The notes under the pieces were generated by a model. It did not search any database, was not told the DNA's origin, and saw only the letters and a list, made by a program, of their open reading frames with translations. The position numbers and the translations under genes are program-made. Below are positions 1 to 10,905 of a DNA stretch of 64,000 nucleotides, one piece after another (the stretch's first letter is position 1; every line of letters begins with the position of its first letter). This stretch comes from an uncultured Gammaproteobacteria bacterium. Its GTDB lineage: Bacteria; Patescibacteriota; Patescibacteriia; Magasanikbacterales; GWA2-37-8. Location: NCBI GenBank assembly GCA_964407865.1, contig CAYOXC010000001.1, positions 267,978 through 331,977 on the forward strand, in the 5' to 3' direction.

Positions 1-510
1 CATGCCATCCTGGCGAATATGTATTGATTCAAGAGCTTTTTTATTAAAAATTCTAAAACCATTGTGAGCGTCCGAAAGTTTTAAGCCGCAAAAAAATCTA
101 TTGATAATTCTGGCAGACGGTAAAATAAAATATTTTTTTAGCCAAGGCACTTTTGAGCGATTGTCCAAAAAACGTGAGCCTAAAACGACATCGATATTAA
201 GAACCTGCATCTTTTCAAGCGCCGGTTTTATATCTGCCGGATCGAACTGATCGTCGGCGTCAAAATGAACAACGATATCAGCCGATAAATGTCTAGCGTA
301 TTCGTCTCCGGTTTCAAGCGCAGCCCCCTGTCCTCGGTTAATTATGTGTTTAATTGCTTTTGCGCCTTCTTTTTCTGCAACCAGTGCAGTATTGTCACTT
401 GAACCATCGTCAACTACGACAATATTGTTAAAGCCGTGTTCAAAAAGGCCGCGTATCACGCGACCTATATTGTTCTCTTCATTAAACGCAGGAATTACAA
501 CCAAAATCAT
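1..510 (-). CDS. GT2-family glycosyltransferase (dolichyl-phosphate-mannose-synthase-like); truncated at the window edge
   Basis: Minus-strand translation from the ATG at 508-510 reads MILVVIPAFNEENNIGRVI...VVVDDGSSDNT...VVHFDADDQFD, a typical GT-A/GT2 N-terminus. The ORF runs past coordinate 1. Confidence 0.75.
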   Translation of the reverse strand, partial: MILVVIPAFNEENNIGRVIRGLFEHGFNNIVVVDDGSSDNTALVAEKEGAKAIKHIINRGQGAALETGDEYARHLSADIVVHFDADDQFDPADIKPALEKMQVLNIDVVLGSRFLDNRSKVPWLKKYFILPSARIINRFFCGLKLSDAHNGFRIFNKKALESIHIRQDGM

Positions 511-525
511 AGGCAACAATAATTT

Positions 526-1551
526 TTACTTCTGTTGACGGCTAAAAAGCAAGGCTTCTCTGTTTGCTACAACAAATTCTATGGTTTTGTCCAAACCATC
601 CTCTAGCCTAACAAGCGGCATCCAACCCAGTGCCTCTTTCACATAAGTTAAATCTGCAGCGCCTTTTTTGGTCAAGAAAGCTAAACTATTTTCAAAAGTA
701 ATTTTAGAATCAGAATTTGTTTTTTGGACAATCATATTTGCCACATCGACAATACGGACAATCTTGTCATCGCCAATATTGGCAATAAACACCTCCGGTT
801 CAGCGGCCATTAATTTCATTAACACACTAACAGCATCATCAACATAGCACAGTGAAGTGGAAAAAGATTCGTCGCCGTATATAATCAGATCACTGCCTTC
901 AATAGCGTTGATAATAAAATCTGGTATTAACAAACCTTGAAACAGGCGCATTCTTGGACCATAGGTAGTAAAAACACGAGCGATTTTTGCGTCAATTCCG
1001 TGAACCTGTCGATAAGTAGCAACACATGTTTCACCAAACTTCTTACCTTCATCATAGCAGGCTCTCTCTGAAAGGTGATCAACTAAACCCTGGTCGGTTT
1101 CTTTAAAAACATTTTTTTGATCTGTGGCATCACCGTAGACTACTGAACTTGAAACATAAACATACTTCGCACGATATTTTACAGCAATATCCAATGTGCT
1201 AAACATTGACATTGAATTTGCAGCCAACGTCTGCATTTTTAAATTCTCAAAATCTTTTGGACTTGTCGGGCAAGCTAGGTGATAAATTTCCTGCACACCC
1301 TGAAATTTTATTTTAAACTTATTTAATTCTTCAAATTGTTCTAAATCCAATGGTTTGGATACATCATAATTAATAAATTCAAAATCAGGATATTGCAGCA
1401 GGTGGTTAATATTTGACGGATCAGAATTAGAAAAATCATCAATACAAATTACTTTTGCTTCTTTGAGCAAACTCTGACATAAATGTGAACCAATAAAGCC
1501 GGCACCGCCGGTTACGACAACATTTTTCTTTTCAAAAATTGGGGAGTCCAT
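526..1551 (-). CDS. NAD-dependent epimerase/dehydratase, UDP-glucuronate decarboxylase (UXS)-like
   Basis: 341 aa; Rossmann VVTGGAGFIGSHL N-terminus; YVSSSVVYGD...YDEGKK active-site region typical of extended SDR sugar-nucleotide enzymes. Confidence 0.8.
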   Translation of the reverse strand: MDSPIFEKKNVVVTGGAGFIGSHLCQSLLKEAKVICIDDFSNSDPSNINHLLQYPDFEFINYDVSKPLDLEQFEELNKFKIKFQGVQEIYHLACPTSPKDFENLKMQTLAANSMSMFSTLDIAVKYRAKYVYVSSSVVYGDATDQKNVFKETDQGLVDHLSERACYDEGKKFGETCVATYRQVHGIDAKIARVFTTYGPRMRLFQGLLIPDFIINAIEGSDLIIYGDESFSTSLCYVDDAVSVLMKLMAAEPEVFIANIGDDKIVRIVDVANMIVQKTNSDSKITFENSLAFLTKKGAADLTYVKEALGWMPLVRLEDGLDKTIEFVVANREALLFSRQQK

Positions 1552-1654
1552 ATATTATAAGAATTAACAAACGAGATATTAAAAAATTGAATAATGTTAA
1601 TAAATGCTTCAATGTAAAATATTACCAGGATCTAACAATAAAATCAAGGAAAAT

Positions 1655-3580
1655 TTATTTTAGAAGAGGCAGGCTAAAAGAACCGATTTTTTTACCCTTA
1701 CCTGTAACAATATCAAATATCCCCCCTTGAAAACGATAAGCAAAAATATCCTGAAAACCGTCCATATTTTTATCTATTAATAAAATCGACTGGGGCTGGT
1801 AAGAAAGCCTTTCTTTTAGATAAGATCTACTTTCCGTATCTGCGATAAACTTATAACTTCCAACACTATCTTTGGCAATAATTGCTATTTCGTAATTATC
1901 CCGAGACCATAAATGCCCCGCTTTTATAGAAATTATCTTCGAAGCCGTTGGACCGGATATTTGAAATAATTTTTTTCCAGATAAATCAAAGGTTGCAGAT
2001 GTTAATTTACCCTGGGAAATAGTAGCGGCGTAAAGCTTGTCGCCAACTGCTTGAAAATTTCGCCAATCACCGCTCAAATAAAAATTTGAAAGTTTAACTC
2101 CGTCAATACTATACTGATTAAAATAGGTGCGCCCTGTCTTTGTGTCAAAATTGCCCGCGATAAACCTGAGGGACCCACCAATATCAAAAAGTGAGATTAT
2201 TGAATTTTGATTGTTAATTTGTATTGATTTAATCAATAATCCCCTACCCGTATAAATATCAACCCGGTTGGTTAATTTCCCAGAAATAATAACTGCTACA
2301 TAATTTTTGCCAAACCAATCAATGTCAATAACATTCTCCTTGGTATCTACAAGATAAGTTTTTGCCTGAGCGGCAATATCGTAACAATATATTTTAGAAA
2401 ATTCATTAAAACAAATTCTATCAGCAGAACCAGCCACCGAACTATGCTCTGCTTGGAATACTGCACGCCCAACATTTAAACGTCCATATCCAATTCTATC
2501 GTTAAAATCCGGATTGGAAGCGCTAATATCGTCAGCAGTTAAAATAACATTGTTTATCAATTCCTGTGCAGTCCAATCAGGCCTTAAACCTTTTATCATG
2601 GCAATGGTTCCGGCAACAAGCGGCGCGCTAAAAGAAGTGCCCTGCCAACCACCGCCAAAACCTGTAAAATTATTTGTTTGATTTGATATTTCAGTACTAT
2701 AAAGATCTTCACCTGGAGCAGTCAAATCTACACATTGTCCAAAATTTGCAAAACTGCTTAAACGGTCCTGGTTATCAACCGAGGTTACGCCAAGAATCCA
2801 GTTTTCTCGATCTTCGCTGTCGTAACAAATAGGATACAAGGGCCACTCATCTAAATTACCTTCATTGATATAACGATCATTACCAGCGGCCACAACTGTA
2901 ACAATACCCTTTTCATAAGCAGTACGCATGATATTGTATACGGCCTGGTCTGGCGTGTCGCCGATAAAACTCATACTAATTGCACCGGCTCCATTTTCTA
3001 GCGCATAAGCAACTGATTTTTCAATATTAGCATACGAACCGACACCGTAACTATTTATAGCACGAATCGGCATGATTTTTGCATTCCAAATTAAGCCAGT
3101 ACCATCAACACTATTATTACCAACAGCTCCAATGAGCCCTGCAATAGCCGTTCCGTGAGATAGTGTGCCATAATCACCAAATCCGCTATTAGGCTCTGGC
3201 TTTGGAAGGGCATTGTCATCCACAAAATTCCAACCATGAATATCGTCAATATACCCATTTTTGTCATCATCAACATTGTTTCCAGGAATCTCATCGTAAT
3301 TAGTCCAAATATTTTCTCTTAAGTCCGGATGATTATAGTCAACACCAATATCAATAACCGCCACCACCGCATCGGTTTTTGTTGATATGTTCCAGGCGTC
3401 CTTGGCATTAATTTGTGTCCAAAACTGCTTCTGAAGAATGTACTTTGGATCATTGGGTTCAGCCGCCAATACAGGTATCAGACAAAAAAACAAAAATATG
3501 CCTGAAAATGCCAGAAATATTGATTTTTTAGGCAAAATATTATAGAATCTAAACATATGAATCTTGGCCTTATTATACAA
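1655..3580 (-). CDS. Secreted subtilisin-like serine protease (peptidase S8) with long C-terminal extension
   Basis: 641 aa; signal/TM N-terminus; catalytic triad motifs DIGVDYNHPDL, HGTAIAG, GTSFSAPLVAG. Confidence 0.85.
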   Translation of the reverse strand: MYNKAKIHMFRFYNILPKKSIFLAFSGIFLFFCLIPVLAAEPNDPKYILQKQFWTQINAKDAWNISTKTDAVVAVIDIGVDYNHPDLRENIWTNYDEIPGNNVDDDKNGYIDDIHGWNFVDDNALPKPEPNSGFGDYGTLSHGTAIAGLIGAVGNNSVDGTGLIWNAKIMPIRAINSYGVGSYANIEKSVAYALENGAGAISMSFIGDTPDQAVYNIMRTAYEKGIVTVVAAGNDRYINEGNLDEWPLYPICYDSEDRENWILGVTSVDNQDRLSSFANFGQCVDLTAPGEDLYSTEISNQTNNFTGFGGGWQGTSFSAPLVAGTIAMIKGLRPDWTAQELINNVILTADDISASNPDFNDRIGYGRLNVGRAVFQAEHSSVAGSADRICFNEFSKIYCYDIAAQAKTYLVDTKENVIDIDWFGKNYVAVIISGKLTNRVDIYTGRGLLIKSIQINNQNSIISLFDIGGSLRFIAGNFDTKTGRTYFNQYSIDGVKLSNFYLSGDWRNFQAVGDKLYAATISQGKLTSATFDLSGKKLFQISGPTASKIISIKAGHLWSRDNYEIAIIAKDSVGSYKFIADTESRSYLKERLSYQPQSILLIDKNMDGFQDIFAYRFQGGIFDIVTGKGKKIGSFSLPLLK

Positions 3581-3606
3581 TAACTAGGCTATTAAATAAA
3601 CCCTGC

Positions 3607-4995
3607 ATGTTTCATCGCATCAAACAATTAACCTTACTGGTCGGAGATTGGTTGGCCTTGTATATTTCTCTTTTTTTAAGCTTATGGCTGCGTTTCCTGA
3701 ATATTCCAATCGAACAGTGGAATTTGCTTTTTTATCCAATGACGCATTTGTTTATTGCCGCGGTTATTGTTTTTTTTATTCTTGGCCTATATGATTTAAA
3801 CCAATCAAGAAATCGCTGGCCATTTTTTCAGAAAATAATGATTGCCATGGGTATTTGGATATTTTTAGGCATCTTATATTTTTATCTTAACCCAAATATA
3901 AACGCCCAGCCAAAAACAATTATTTTACTGACAGCAATAATTGGCACATCTCTTATATCCGCCTGGAGAGCCATTCATAATCAATTTTTATCAAAGTCAA
4001 TCTTAAAAACTAATATTGTTTTTGCCGGTATAACTCCGGAAACGCACGAATTGATTAATAAAATTGAAAAAGAACCAGAAATTGGCTACGAAATAGTTGG
4101 TCTTATAAAAAATAAAAACGAAGTATTGCAAGCAACTTTACCTGGACTTGATGGTCACACTGCCGCCGACACTCTTGAAGAATTAAATAGCATGCAAAAG
4201 AAACCTATTCATGTAGTGGTAGTATCCCCGGCTATGGCTCAAAATAGCGATTTGTCCAAAGAGCTTTATTCACAACTTTTTGCCCAAACAAGCGTTATCA
4301 GCCTGGCTAAATTTTATGAAGAAATTCTGAAACGAATACCGCCGTTTACTTTTTCTGAATCGTGGTTTCTAACGAATCTAGACGAGCAAAAGAAAAAAAT
4401 ATACGACAGATTCCGGGTTATTATTGATTTTGTTTTTGCCTCTCTAATGGCGATCTTTTTTGCACTGACTTACCCGATAATTACTCTGGTAATTAAACTC
4501 AATTCTCCAGGACCAGTTTTTTTTATTCAGGAGAGAATAGGTCGGAACGGCAAAAGGTTTAAAATTATTAAATATCGCACCATGCACGCGCTTTCAAACG
4601 ACGGCAGTGCGGAGACAAATGGCGCGCAGTATGCCACAGAAAATGACACAAGAATTACTACTATTGGAAAATTCTTGCGTAAGACTCGCCTTGATGAATT
4701 ACCTCAATTTATAAATATTTTTCGAAACGATATGAGTTTGGTTGGCCCCAGACCGGAACGGCCTGAATTTGTCGACCGACTATCTGATGAGATGCCCTAC
4801 TACAGGCTTAGACATTTAATCAAACCGGGATTAACTGGGTGGGCTCAAATACAAAAATCCTACTATGGCACAATTGAAGAGAATCTGCGCAAGCTGGAAT
4901 ACGACTTGTATTACCTAAAAAACCGCGGTTTATTATTAGATACTGCAATAATCCTCAGAACCTTTAATATTTTGGGACGAATGGCAGGCCGCTAA
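3607..4995 (+). CDS. Undecaprenyl-phosphate sugar phosphotransferase (WbaP/WcaJ-type initiating transferase)
   Basis: 462 aa; multiple N-terminal TM helices; conserved C-terminal sugar-transferase domain with PRPERPEF and KPGLTGWAQI motifs. Confidence 0.85.
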   Translation: MFHRIKQLTLLVGDWLALYISLFLSLWLRFLNIPIEQWNLLFYPMTHLFIAAVIVFFILGLYDLNQSRNRWPFFQKIMIAMGIWIFLGILYFYLNPNINAQPKTIILLTAIIGTSLISAWRAIHNQFLSKSILKTNIVFAGITPETHELINKIEKEPEIGYEIVGLIKNKNEVLQATLPGLDGHTAADTLEELNSMQKKPIHVVVVSPAMAQNSDLSKELYSQLFAQTSVISLAKFYEEILKRIPPFTFSESWFLTNLDEQKKKIYDRFRVIIDFVFASLMAIFFALTYPIITLVIKLNSPGPVFFIQERIGRNGKRFKIIKYRTMHALSNDGSAETNGAQYATENDTRITTIGKFLRKTRLDELPQFINIFRNDMSLVGPRPERPEFVDRLSDEMPYYRLRHLIKPGLTGWAQIQKSYYGTIEENLRKLEYDLYYLKNRGLLLDTAIILRTFNILGRMAGR

Positions 4996-5056
4996 ATGAT
5001 CCGTCTAATTACTGCAATAATTAAAAAAATCGTCCTCATGGACGATTTTTTAAGTC

Positions 5057-6688
5057 TTATTTTTTTCTTTTAATCGCAGCTCTAACTAAACCCATGAACA
5101 ATGGATGAGGATGAAGAGGTCGTGATTTAAACTCAGGGTGAAACTGCACTCCAACAAAAAATGGGTGCTTCTTAATTTCAATAATTTCCACCAGATCTGA
5201 TCGCTTATTTATACCAGCAATAATCATGCCCGCCTTATCCATTTCTTTGCGGTATTTATTATTAAATTCATATCTATGACGATGGCGTTCGCTAATTTTT
5301 ACCTGACCATAAAGCGATCTAGTTAAAGTGCCAGGCTTTAAACTGCAGTCATAAGCACCAAGTCGCATGGTGCCACCGTATTTTGCTTCAATGATATTAA
5401 GTGCTTGATTCGGATTAACCTGAATAATGATATTTGAACTTTTAGGATTGCACTCTACTGTATGAGCGTCCTTGTGGTGTAGAACATTCCTAGCGAATTC
5501 AATTGCCGCAAGTTGCATGCCATAACAAAGACCAAGATAGGGAATATTATTTTCACGAGCATAGCGAATTGCCGAAATAACACCTTCAACTCCCCGCGTA
5601 CCAAAACCACCAGGCACCACTATGGCATCATAATATTTTAATTCTTTAACCCGAATCGGATCTTTTTCATAATTTTCAGAATCAATCCAGGTCAACTCGG
5701 GTTTTCTGCTATTATGCCATGAGGCAATCTTTATAGCTTCAATTACTGAAATATATGAATCTGAAAGAGTAAAATTACCACTATTAAAATATTTGCCTAT
5801 CACCGCTACTTTTAATGGTTTTTTAGAATCTTTCATTTTAGAGACAAAATTCCTCCAGTTGCTGCCATCTCTTTTTTTAAACTTCAGCCCCAATTTTTTA
5901 GCGATTATTTTGCTTATATGATATTTTTCAAAATTATCAGGTATTAAATATATATTACTTACATCAGGCGCGGGAATAATATCATCAGGCGACCGCAGAG
6001 AACAAAAAAATGCCAATTTTTGACGCCTTGGTTCATCAAGCTCTTCCTTGCCACGAGCAATAATAATATCTGCCTGTAAACCTGAATTGTTTAATGTCCT
6101 AGAAGCATGCTGGGTCGGTTTTGTTTTCATTTCACCCAAATGACCGGGTACAGGTAAATAGCTGACCAAAACAAAAATGACGCCACCAGGGTCATCAAGT
6201 TTCATCATTCTCGCTGCTTCTAAAAATAAAATATTTTCATATTCACCAACAGTGCCGCCAATTTCAATAATCATCACTTCAGCTTTCGCCTGCTTGGCAG
6301 CTTTTTTGATGCGCCCAATCACTTCAAGCGGTATGTGTGGAACAACTTGAACGCAGCGTCCTTTATAACCCATGCTCCGTTCTTTCTCAATAACGCTTTT
6401 ATAAATACGGCCGGTAGTCATGTAATTCAACGAAAAGATATCCGTATCAAGAAATCTTTCGTAATTGCCGATATCCTGATCAGTTTCATCACCGTCATCC
6501 GTTACAAAAACTTCTCCATGTTCAATTGGATTCATAGTGCCGGCATCAACATTTATATAAGGATCTACTTTTATAGCTGATGTTCTAATTCCATTATTAG
6601 CCAATATACGCCCAATAGAGGCAACGGTAACACCCTTACCTACACCGCTCATCACTCCGCCTATAACAAAAATATACTTCGTCTTCAT
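5057..6688 (-). CDS. pyrG: CTP synthase
   Basis: Starts MKTKYIFVIGGVMSGVGKG (synthetase P-loop); C-terminal glutamine amidotransferase domain with GLCYGMQ and HPEF motifs. The track ORF starts 7 codons earlier at 6709. Confidence 0.9.
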   Translation of the reverse strand: MKTKYIFVIGGVMSGVGKGVTVASIGRILANNGIRTSAIKVDPYINVDAGTMNPIEHGEVFVTDDGDETDQDIGNYERFLDTDIFSLNYMTTGRIYKSVIEKERSMGYKGRCVQVVPHIPLEVIGRIKKAAKQAKAEVMIIEIGGTVGEYENILFLEAARMMKLDDPGGVIFVLVSYLPVPGHLGEMKTKPTQHASRTLNNSGLQADIIIARGKEELDEPRRQKLAFFCSLRSPDDIIPAPDVSNIYLIPDNFEKYHISKIIAKKLGLKFKKRDGSNWRNFVSKMKDSKKPLKVAVIGKYFNSGNFTLSDSYISVIEAIKIASWHNSRKPELTWIDSENYEKDPIRVKELKYYDAIVVPGGFGTRGVEGVISAIRYARENNIPYLGLCYGMQLAAIEFARNVLHHKDAHTVECNPKSSNIIIQVNPNQALNIIEAKYGGTMRLGAYDCSLKPGTLTRSLYGQVKISERHRHRYEFNNKYRKEMDKAGMIIAGINKRSDLVEIIEIKKHPFFVGVQFHPEFKSRPLHPHPLFMGLVRAAIKRKK

Positions 6689-6711
6689 AAACAAATATTT
6701 TTTATACAAGA

Positions 6712-7167
6712 CTATGATTTTTTACTCTCAAGCGCAGAAGCAACAAGATGAATTGTGGCCTCAAGCCCGTGCGGTAATTTAATTTTTACTTCATAGTCTC
6801 CTGGTTCTTTGACTGGTTTTACCTGTATTTGATTCTTGCCAACTTGATACCCCATCCCCAAAAGGGCTTCGGAAATTTTTTGCACCCCAACTGCGGCATA
6901 AAAAAAACCGGCCTCATTGGTCTTTTCAGAGATAGTGATTGAAAGACCGTCGAGCCGGCTAGCGAGAGATTGCTGTTCCTTTAAATCCTGTTCAGCCTCC
7001 TTTGCTTTTCTCGCCCGCTCTCTGCCGAGATTGTCTAAGGCTTTGTTGGATGCTAAAACAGCAAGATGCTGGGGAAAAAGAAAGTTTACAGCATACCCTT
7101 CTGCCACATCGACAACATCGTCGACGGTGCCAAGTCCAGCTACTTTAACCAACAATATAACCTTCAT
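6712..7167 (-). CDS. rplI: 50S ribosomal protein L9
   Basis: 151 aa; N-terminus MKVILLVKVAGLGTVDDVVDVAEGYAVNFLFPQHLAV matches the L9 N-domain. Confidence 0.85.
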   Translation of the reverse strand: MKVILLVKVAGLGTVDDVVDVAEGYAVNFLFPQHLAVLASNKALDNLGRERARKAKEAEQDLKEQQSLASRLDGLSITISEKTNEAGFFYAAVGVQKISEALLGMGYQVGKNQIQVKPVKEPGDYEVKIKLPHGLEATIHLVASALESKKS

Positions 7168-7238
7168 ATACTTGAAATTAATTCTGCCGTATTATACAAT
7201 AGATGCCTGTGGTTTTCAAATAATATGTCAACCCTTTT

Positions 7239-8120
7239 ATGACGAAACGCCAAAAAACAGAAGAAATCAGTAATAAATCAGGTATAGTTACTATCGTTGG
7301 ACGTTCAAATGTCGGTAAATCGACCTTGATCAATTCAATTATCGGCACAAAAATAGCCATAGTCACTCACCTGCCTCAAACCACGCGAAATGTTATCCAT
7401 GGTGTTCTTAATCGTCCTCAAGGCCAAGCAATTTTTGTTGATACACCCGGCGTTTTCAAAGAAATTCGCAGTCTGCTTTCCGGCAAACTTATAGAGCGAA
7501 TCGAGGAATCAATGAAAGATATAGATTTGATTCTTTATGTTGTTGATCCGACAAAAAGCATTGGCTCGGAAGAACGGTACATTTTATCACTTTTACGTAA
7601 GTCAAAAGTGCCAAAAATACTTATCATAAACAAATCTGACCTGCCAGAAAAAGAAAAAATCTATATTAATGATTATCGTGATTTGTCCGAAGATTTTTCA
7701 GCAGTGCTTGAACTCTCGGCTCTTATGAATCGTCATGTTGAACCCCTAAGAAATAAAGTTTTTGAACTTCTGCCCGAAGGTGAACCTTTTTATCCGCCTG
7801 AACAACTGACTAACATTGAACCTAAATTTTGGGTAGCAGAAATTATTCGAGAAAAAATATTTCTAGCCCTGCGCAAAGAGGTTCCCTACTCAACCCATGT
7901 TGAAGTTATGAATATTGACGACCGTGAAGATATAACTGTCATCGATGCAGTCATTTATACCAATGACAGTCGCTATAAAAAAATGATTATTGGTGCACGC
8001 GGCAGAGCACTAAAAGAAATTGGCATTGCCGCGCGAAAAGAACTTGAAACTGCGTTAAACAAAAAAATATTTCTTAATCTTGAAGTTGAAACAGATAAGC
8101 ATTGGGATAAAAGAGTTTAA
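7239..8120 (+). CDS. era: GTPase Era
   Basis: 293 aa; G1 GRSNVGKST, DTPG, NKSD motifs; C-terminal KH domain. Confidence 0.9.
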   Translation: MTKRQKTEEISNKSGIVTIVGRSNVGKSTLINSIIGTKIAIVTHLPQTTRNVIHGVLNRPQGQAIFVDTPGVFKEIRSLLSGKLIERIEESMKDIDLILYVVDPTKSIGSEERYILSLLRKSKVPKILIINKSDLPEKEKIYINDYRDLSEDFSAVLELSALMNRHVEPLRNKVFELLPEGEPFYPPEQLTNIEPKFWVAEIIREKIFLALRKEVPYSTHVEVMNIDDREDITVIDAVIYTNDSRYKKMIIGARGRALKEIGIAARKELETALNKKIFLNLEVETDKHWDKRV

Positions 8121-8141
8121 AAAAAGTAACAAATAATAAAA

Positions 8142-8165
8142 AAGCCGCCTTATTGGCGGCTTAAT
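8142..8165. terminator. Bidirectional hairpin terminator between convergent era and S41 protease genes
   Basis: aaaaaGCCGCCttatTGGCGGCtt flanked by A/T runs on both sides. Confidence 0.5.
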
Positions 8166-8170
8166 TATTT

Positions 8171-9472
8171 TTATGATTCTGGTGTAGTCGTTGATTTTAT
8201 TTCAGGAGGAAATTCCTTTGCCTTGAGAAGTTCAATCGCTTTTTCTAACATTTTATCTTCTCCAACTTTTTCATTTTCCCAATCCTCAATAAATTCTATA
8301 TCAGGCACTATTCCATCCTGATTTATATTTCTTCCTCCTGGAGTATACCATTCAGCAACAGTTAACTTTAAAGCTGAGCCGTCACTAAAGGTTTCAAAAT
8401 CCTGAACTGAACCCTTGCCAAATGTTTTTTCGCCTACGACAATAGCTTTTTTATTATCTTGTAGTGCGCCGGAGACGATTTCTGAAGCAGATGCCGAACC
8501 GCCATTAACCAAAACAACCGTACGGTAGTTAGTTAAACGATGCTGTCCGATCGTCGGATGGTCGCGACTAAATCCAGTTTCAGATTTTTCACTAACTATA
8601 TTTCCACCTTCTATCCATTCGCTTCCCATGGTCACAGCTGAATCAAGAAAACCACCGGGATTATTTCGCAGGTCTAAAACAATCCCATTAGCACCTTCAC
8701 GCACCAATTTACGGACATTTTTATCAAACTCTGAATCTGTGTCTTCGTTAAATTGCAAAATTCTAATATATGCAATTTTGTCATCTTTCCAGGAAAATGA
8801 CACTGAAGGCACGTTGATTTTGTCGCGAACAATCTTTATATCAAATGGTTCTCCGTTTCCGTCGCGACTAATTTTTAAAACTACTTCACTATCAGCGGGG
8901 CCGCGTATTTTACTAACGGCGGTATTTATATCCATGCCAAATGTTGATTCCTTGTCAATTGCTAATATTTTATCTCCAGCATGAAGTCCGGCCCGTTCAG
9001 CCGGTGAATCTGATAAAGGCGCGATCACTGTCAACTGGCCGCTTTTATTGCCGATTTCCGCACCAATACCCTCAAATTCGCCCGAAAGATCTTTGGCAAA
9101 CTCCTCTGCCTCTACAGGCACCATGTATATGGAATACGGATCCTGTAAAGAATATACTAATCCCTGAATTGCGCCATATAATAAATCCGCGTCATTAATT
9201 TCTTTTTTTACATATTTTTGCTTTATCCTATCCCAAACCTGCCAAAACTGATTGAAATCAACTGAATCTGAATGATTTATTGTCCTATTAAAATTTATGA
9301 CTTTGCTAATCTCAATATTACCTTTTTCGTTTTCAATCTGCTTTTTAACAATAATTGCCTGTCCAACAAGAATACCTAAGCCAAAAGCCGATACAAATAA
9401 TATTAATGATAAATATATTCCAATATATTTTGAAAATCTTGCTTTTGACGGAGTTGTATTTTTACTTATCAT
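8171..9472 (-). CDS. Carboxyl-terminal processing protease (peptidase S41) with PDZ domain
   Basis: 433 aa; N-terminal TM anchor; PDZ region (GLHAGDKILAID); S41 core (VVLVNGGSASASE...GEKTFGKG). Confidence 0.85.
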   Translation of the reverse strand: MISKNTTPSKARFSKYIGIYLSLILFVSAFGLGILVGQAIIVKKQIENEKGNIEISKVINFNRTINHSDSVDFNQFWQVWDRIKQKYVKKEINDADLLYGAIQGLVYSLQDPYSIYMVPVEAEEFAKDLSGEFEGIGAEIGNKSGQLTVIAPLSDSPAERAGLHAGDKILAIDKESTFGMDINTAVSKIRGPADSEVVLKISRDGNGEPFDIKIVRDKINVPSVSFSWKDDKIAYIRILQFNEDTDSEFDKNVRKLVREGANGIVLDLRNNPGGFLDSAVTMGSEWIEGGNIVSEKSETGFSRDHPTIGQHRLTNYRTVVLVNGGSASASEIVSGALQDNKKAIVVGEKTFGKGSVQDFETFSDGSALKLTVAEWYTPGGRNINQDGIVPDIEFIEDWENEKVGEDKMLEKAIELLKAKEFPPEIKSTTTPES

Positions 9473-9475
9473 ATA

Positions 9476-10786
9476 TTATTTGTCTTCAATTATTTTTATC
9501 TCCGCCCCAGCTCGATTAAGCGTACCATAAAAATCTTCATAACCCCGTTCAATCATGTAGGTGTGGCGTAAAATTGATTTACCCGGCGCCGCTAACATGG
9601 CAATAAGCACGTTGACAGCTGGACGCAAAGCAGCGGGACAAATTATCTCATTGGGAACAAACTTAGTCGGTCCTTCAACCCAAATGCGGTGCGGATCCAG
9701 CAAAGTTACCTTTGCCCCAAGCTTGGCAAGCTCTAAATTATAAATTGCCCTATTTTCATATGCCCAATCATGTACTAAAGTTCGTCCATTCGCCACGGCC
9801 AATATTGGCACAAAAAGCGGCAGGTTATCTATGTTTAATCCTGGAAAAGGCCTGCCCTCTATTTTGTCGGGCAAGGCTTTCAGTTTTGAAGGGATGATTA
9901 ATATGTCTGCCACCCTAAAATTTTTATTGCGTGACCAGCGCATTTTTCTTAATTCATATTTTTGCCCCATTTGTTCGAGCTTAACTAATTCCAACTCTAA
10001 AAACTCAAGCGGGCAATTTTTTACCACTACTTTTGAACCGGTAGCAATGGCAGCGGCAATATAACTCATGGCCACAATCGGATCTGGCATAATCGAATAA
10101 TCTGACACGGAATGCAATTTTTTTACGCCTTGAATTGTCAGGGTGGTCGTTCCAATACCTTTAATTTTTGCGCCCGCTTTATTTAAAAAATAACACAGAT
10201 CCTGAACCATGTAATTAGCTGAAGCCATTTTTATTATTGTAATTCCTTTAGCTAAAACTGCAGCCATGATAGCATTCTCTGTTGCCGTATCTCCAGATTC
10301 ATACATTACAATCTTCGCTGCCTTAAGCGGGTGATTATTTGTTACTTCATAATAATTATTGTGCGACACGACTCTTACGCCTAATTTCTCCAAAGCATAA
10401 AGATGAGGCCTGACCGTCCTTTCACCCAACTTGCATCCTCCTGACTTGTATAGCTTATACTGTTTCTCACGCGATGCCAAAGCACCGAGTAAAAGAAGAG
10501 ATGATCTAACTTTTTCTGAAGCAAGACGATTGATATTTTGCATTTTTAACGGAGAACGAGAATCAAACGAATATTTCTTTTTTCCAATTTTTTCCACCTT
10601 AACCCCAATGCTTACCAAAATCTCTAATATTCTGTTAATATCTTCAATTTGAGGCACATCAGAAAGCACTGTTTTACCTTTTATCATGGTAGTGGCGCAA
10701 AGCAAAGCAACGGCAGAATTTTTAGCCGTTTGATTATCGATTTCACCGCGAAGCTTGCGTCCGCCATTAATTAACAAAAAGGACAT
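9476..10786 (-). CDS. murA: UDP-N-acetylglucosamine 1-carboxyvinyltransferase
   Basis: 436 aa; EPT-fold N-terminus LINGGRKLRGEIDNQTAKNSAVALLCATTMIKGKTVL matches MurA. Confidence 0.9.
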   Translation of the reverse strand: MSFLLINGGRKLRGEIDNQTAKNSAVALLCATTMIKGKTVLSDVPQIEDINRILEILVSIGVKVEKIGKKKYSFDSRSPLKMQNINRLASEKVRSSLLLLGALASREKQYKLYKSGGCKLGERTVRPHLYALEKLGVRVVSHNNYYEVTNNHPLKAAKIVMYESGDTATENAIMAAVLAKGITIIKMASANYMVQDLCYFLNKAGAKIKGIGTTTLTIQGVKKLHSVSDYSIMPDPIVAMSYIAAAIATGSKVVVKNCPLEFLELELVKLEQMGQKYELRKMRWSRNKNFRVADILIIPSKLKALPDKIEGRPFPGLNIDNLPLFVPILAVANGRTLVHDWAYENRAIYNLELAKLGAKVTLLDPHRIWVEGPTKFVPNEIICPAALRPAVNVLIAMLAAPGKSILRHTYMIERGYEDFYGTLNRAGAEIKIIEDK

Positions 10787-10905
10787 AATTGACTTTGCCG
10801 GACAATGTAAGTAATATTAAGTAATATAAAGATTATACATCAATCGCCTTAACGAATCAAGACGGCATATAAATAATGAGCAGGCTTAGTCTGCAAAGAT
10901 AATTT

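Noticed and set aside
344-538. 64-aa plus-strand ORF
   Set aside because: Lies antisense within the GT2 glycosyltransferase gene (1-510 minus) and has no RBS. Shadow ORF.
3091-3294. 67-aa minus-strand ORF inside the S8 protease gene region
   Set aside because: Alternative frame of a well-supported long CDS. Met/Leu/Ile-rich translation typical of an AT-rich shadow frame.
6335-7366. Plus/minus ORFs (6335-6580, 6917-7273, 7178-7366) overlapping pyrG, rplI and the era start
   Set aside because: Antisense or out-of-frame to strongly supported conserved genes. Low-complexity translations.
8628-10652. Multiple 60-120 aa plus-strand ORFs inside the S41 protease and murA
   Set aside because: All antisense to conserved genes with clear homology. 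No RBS.
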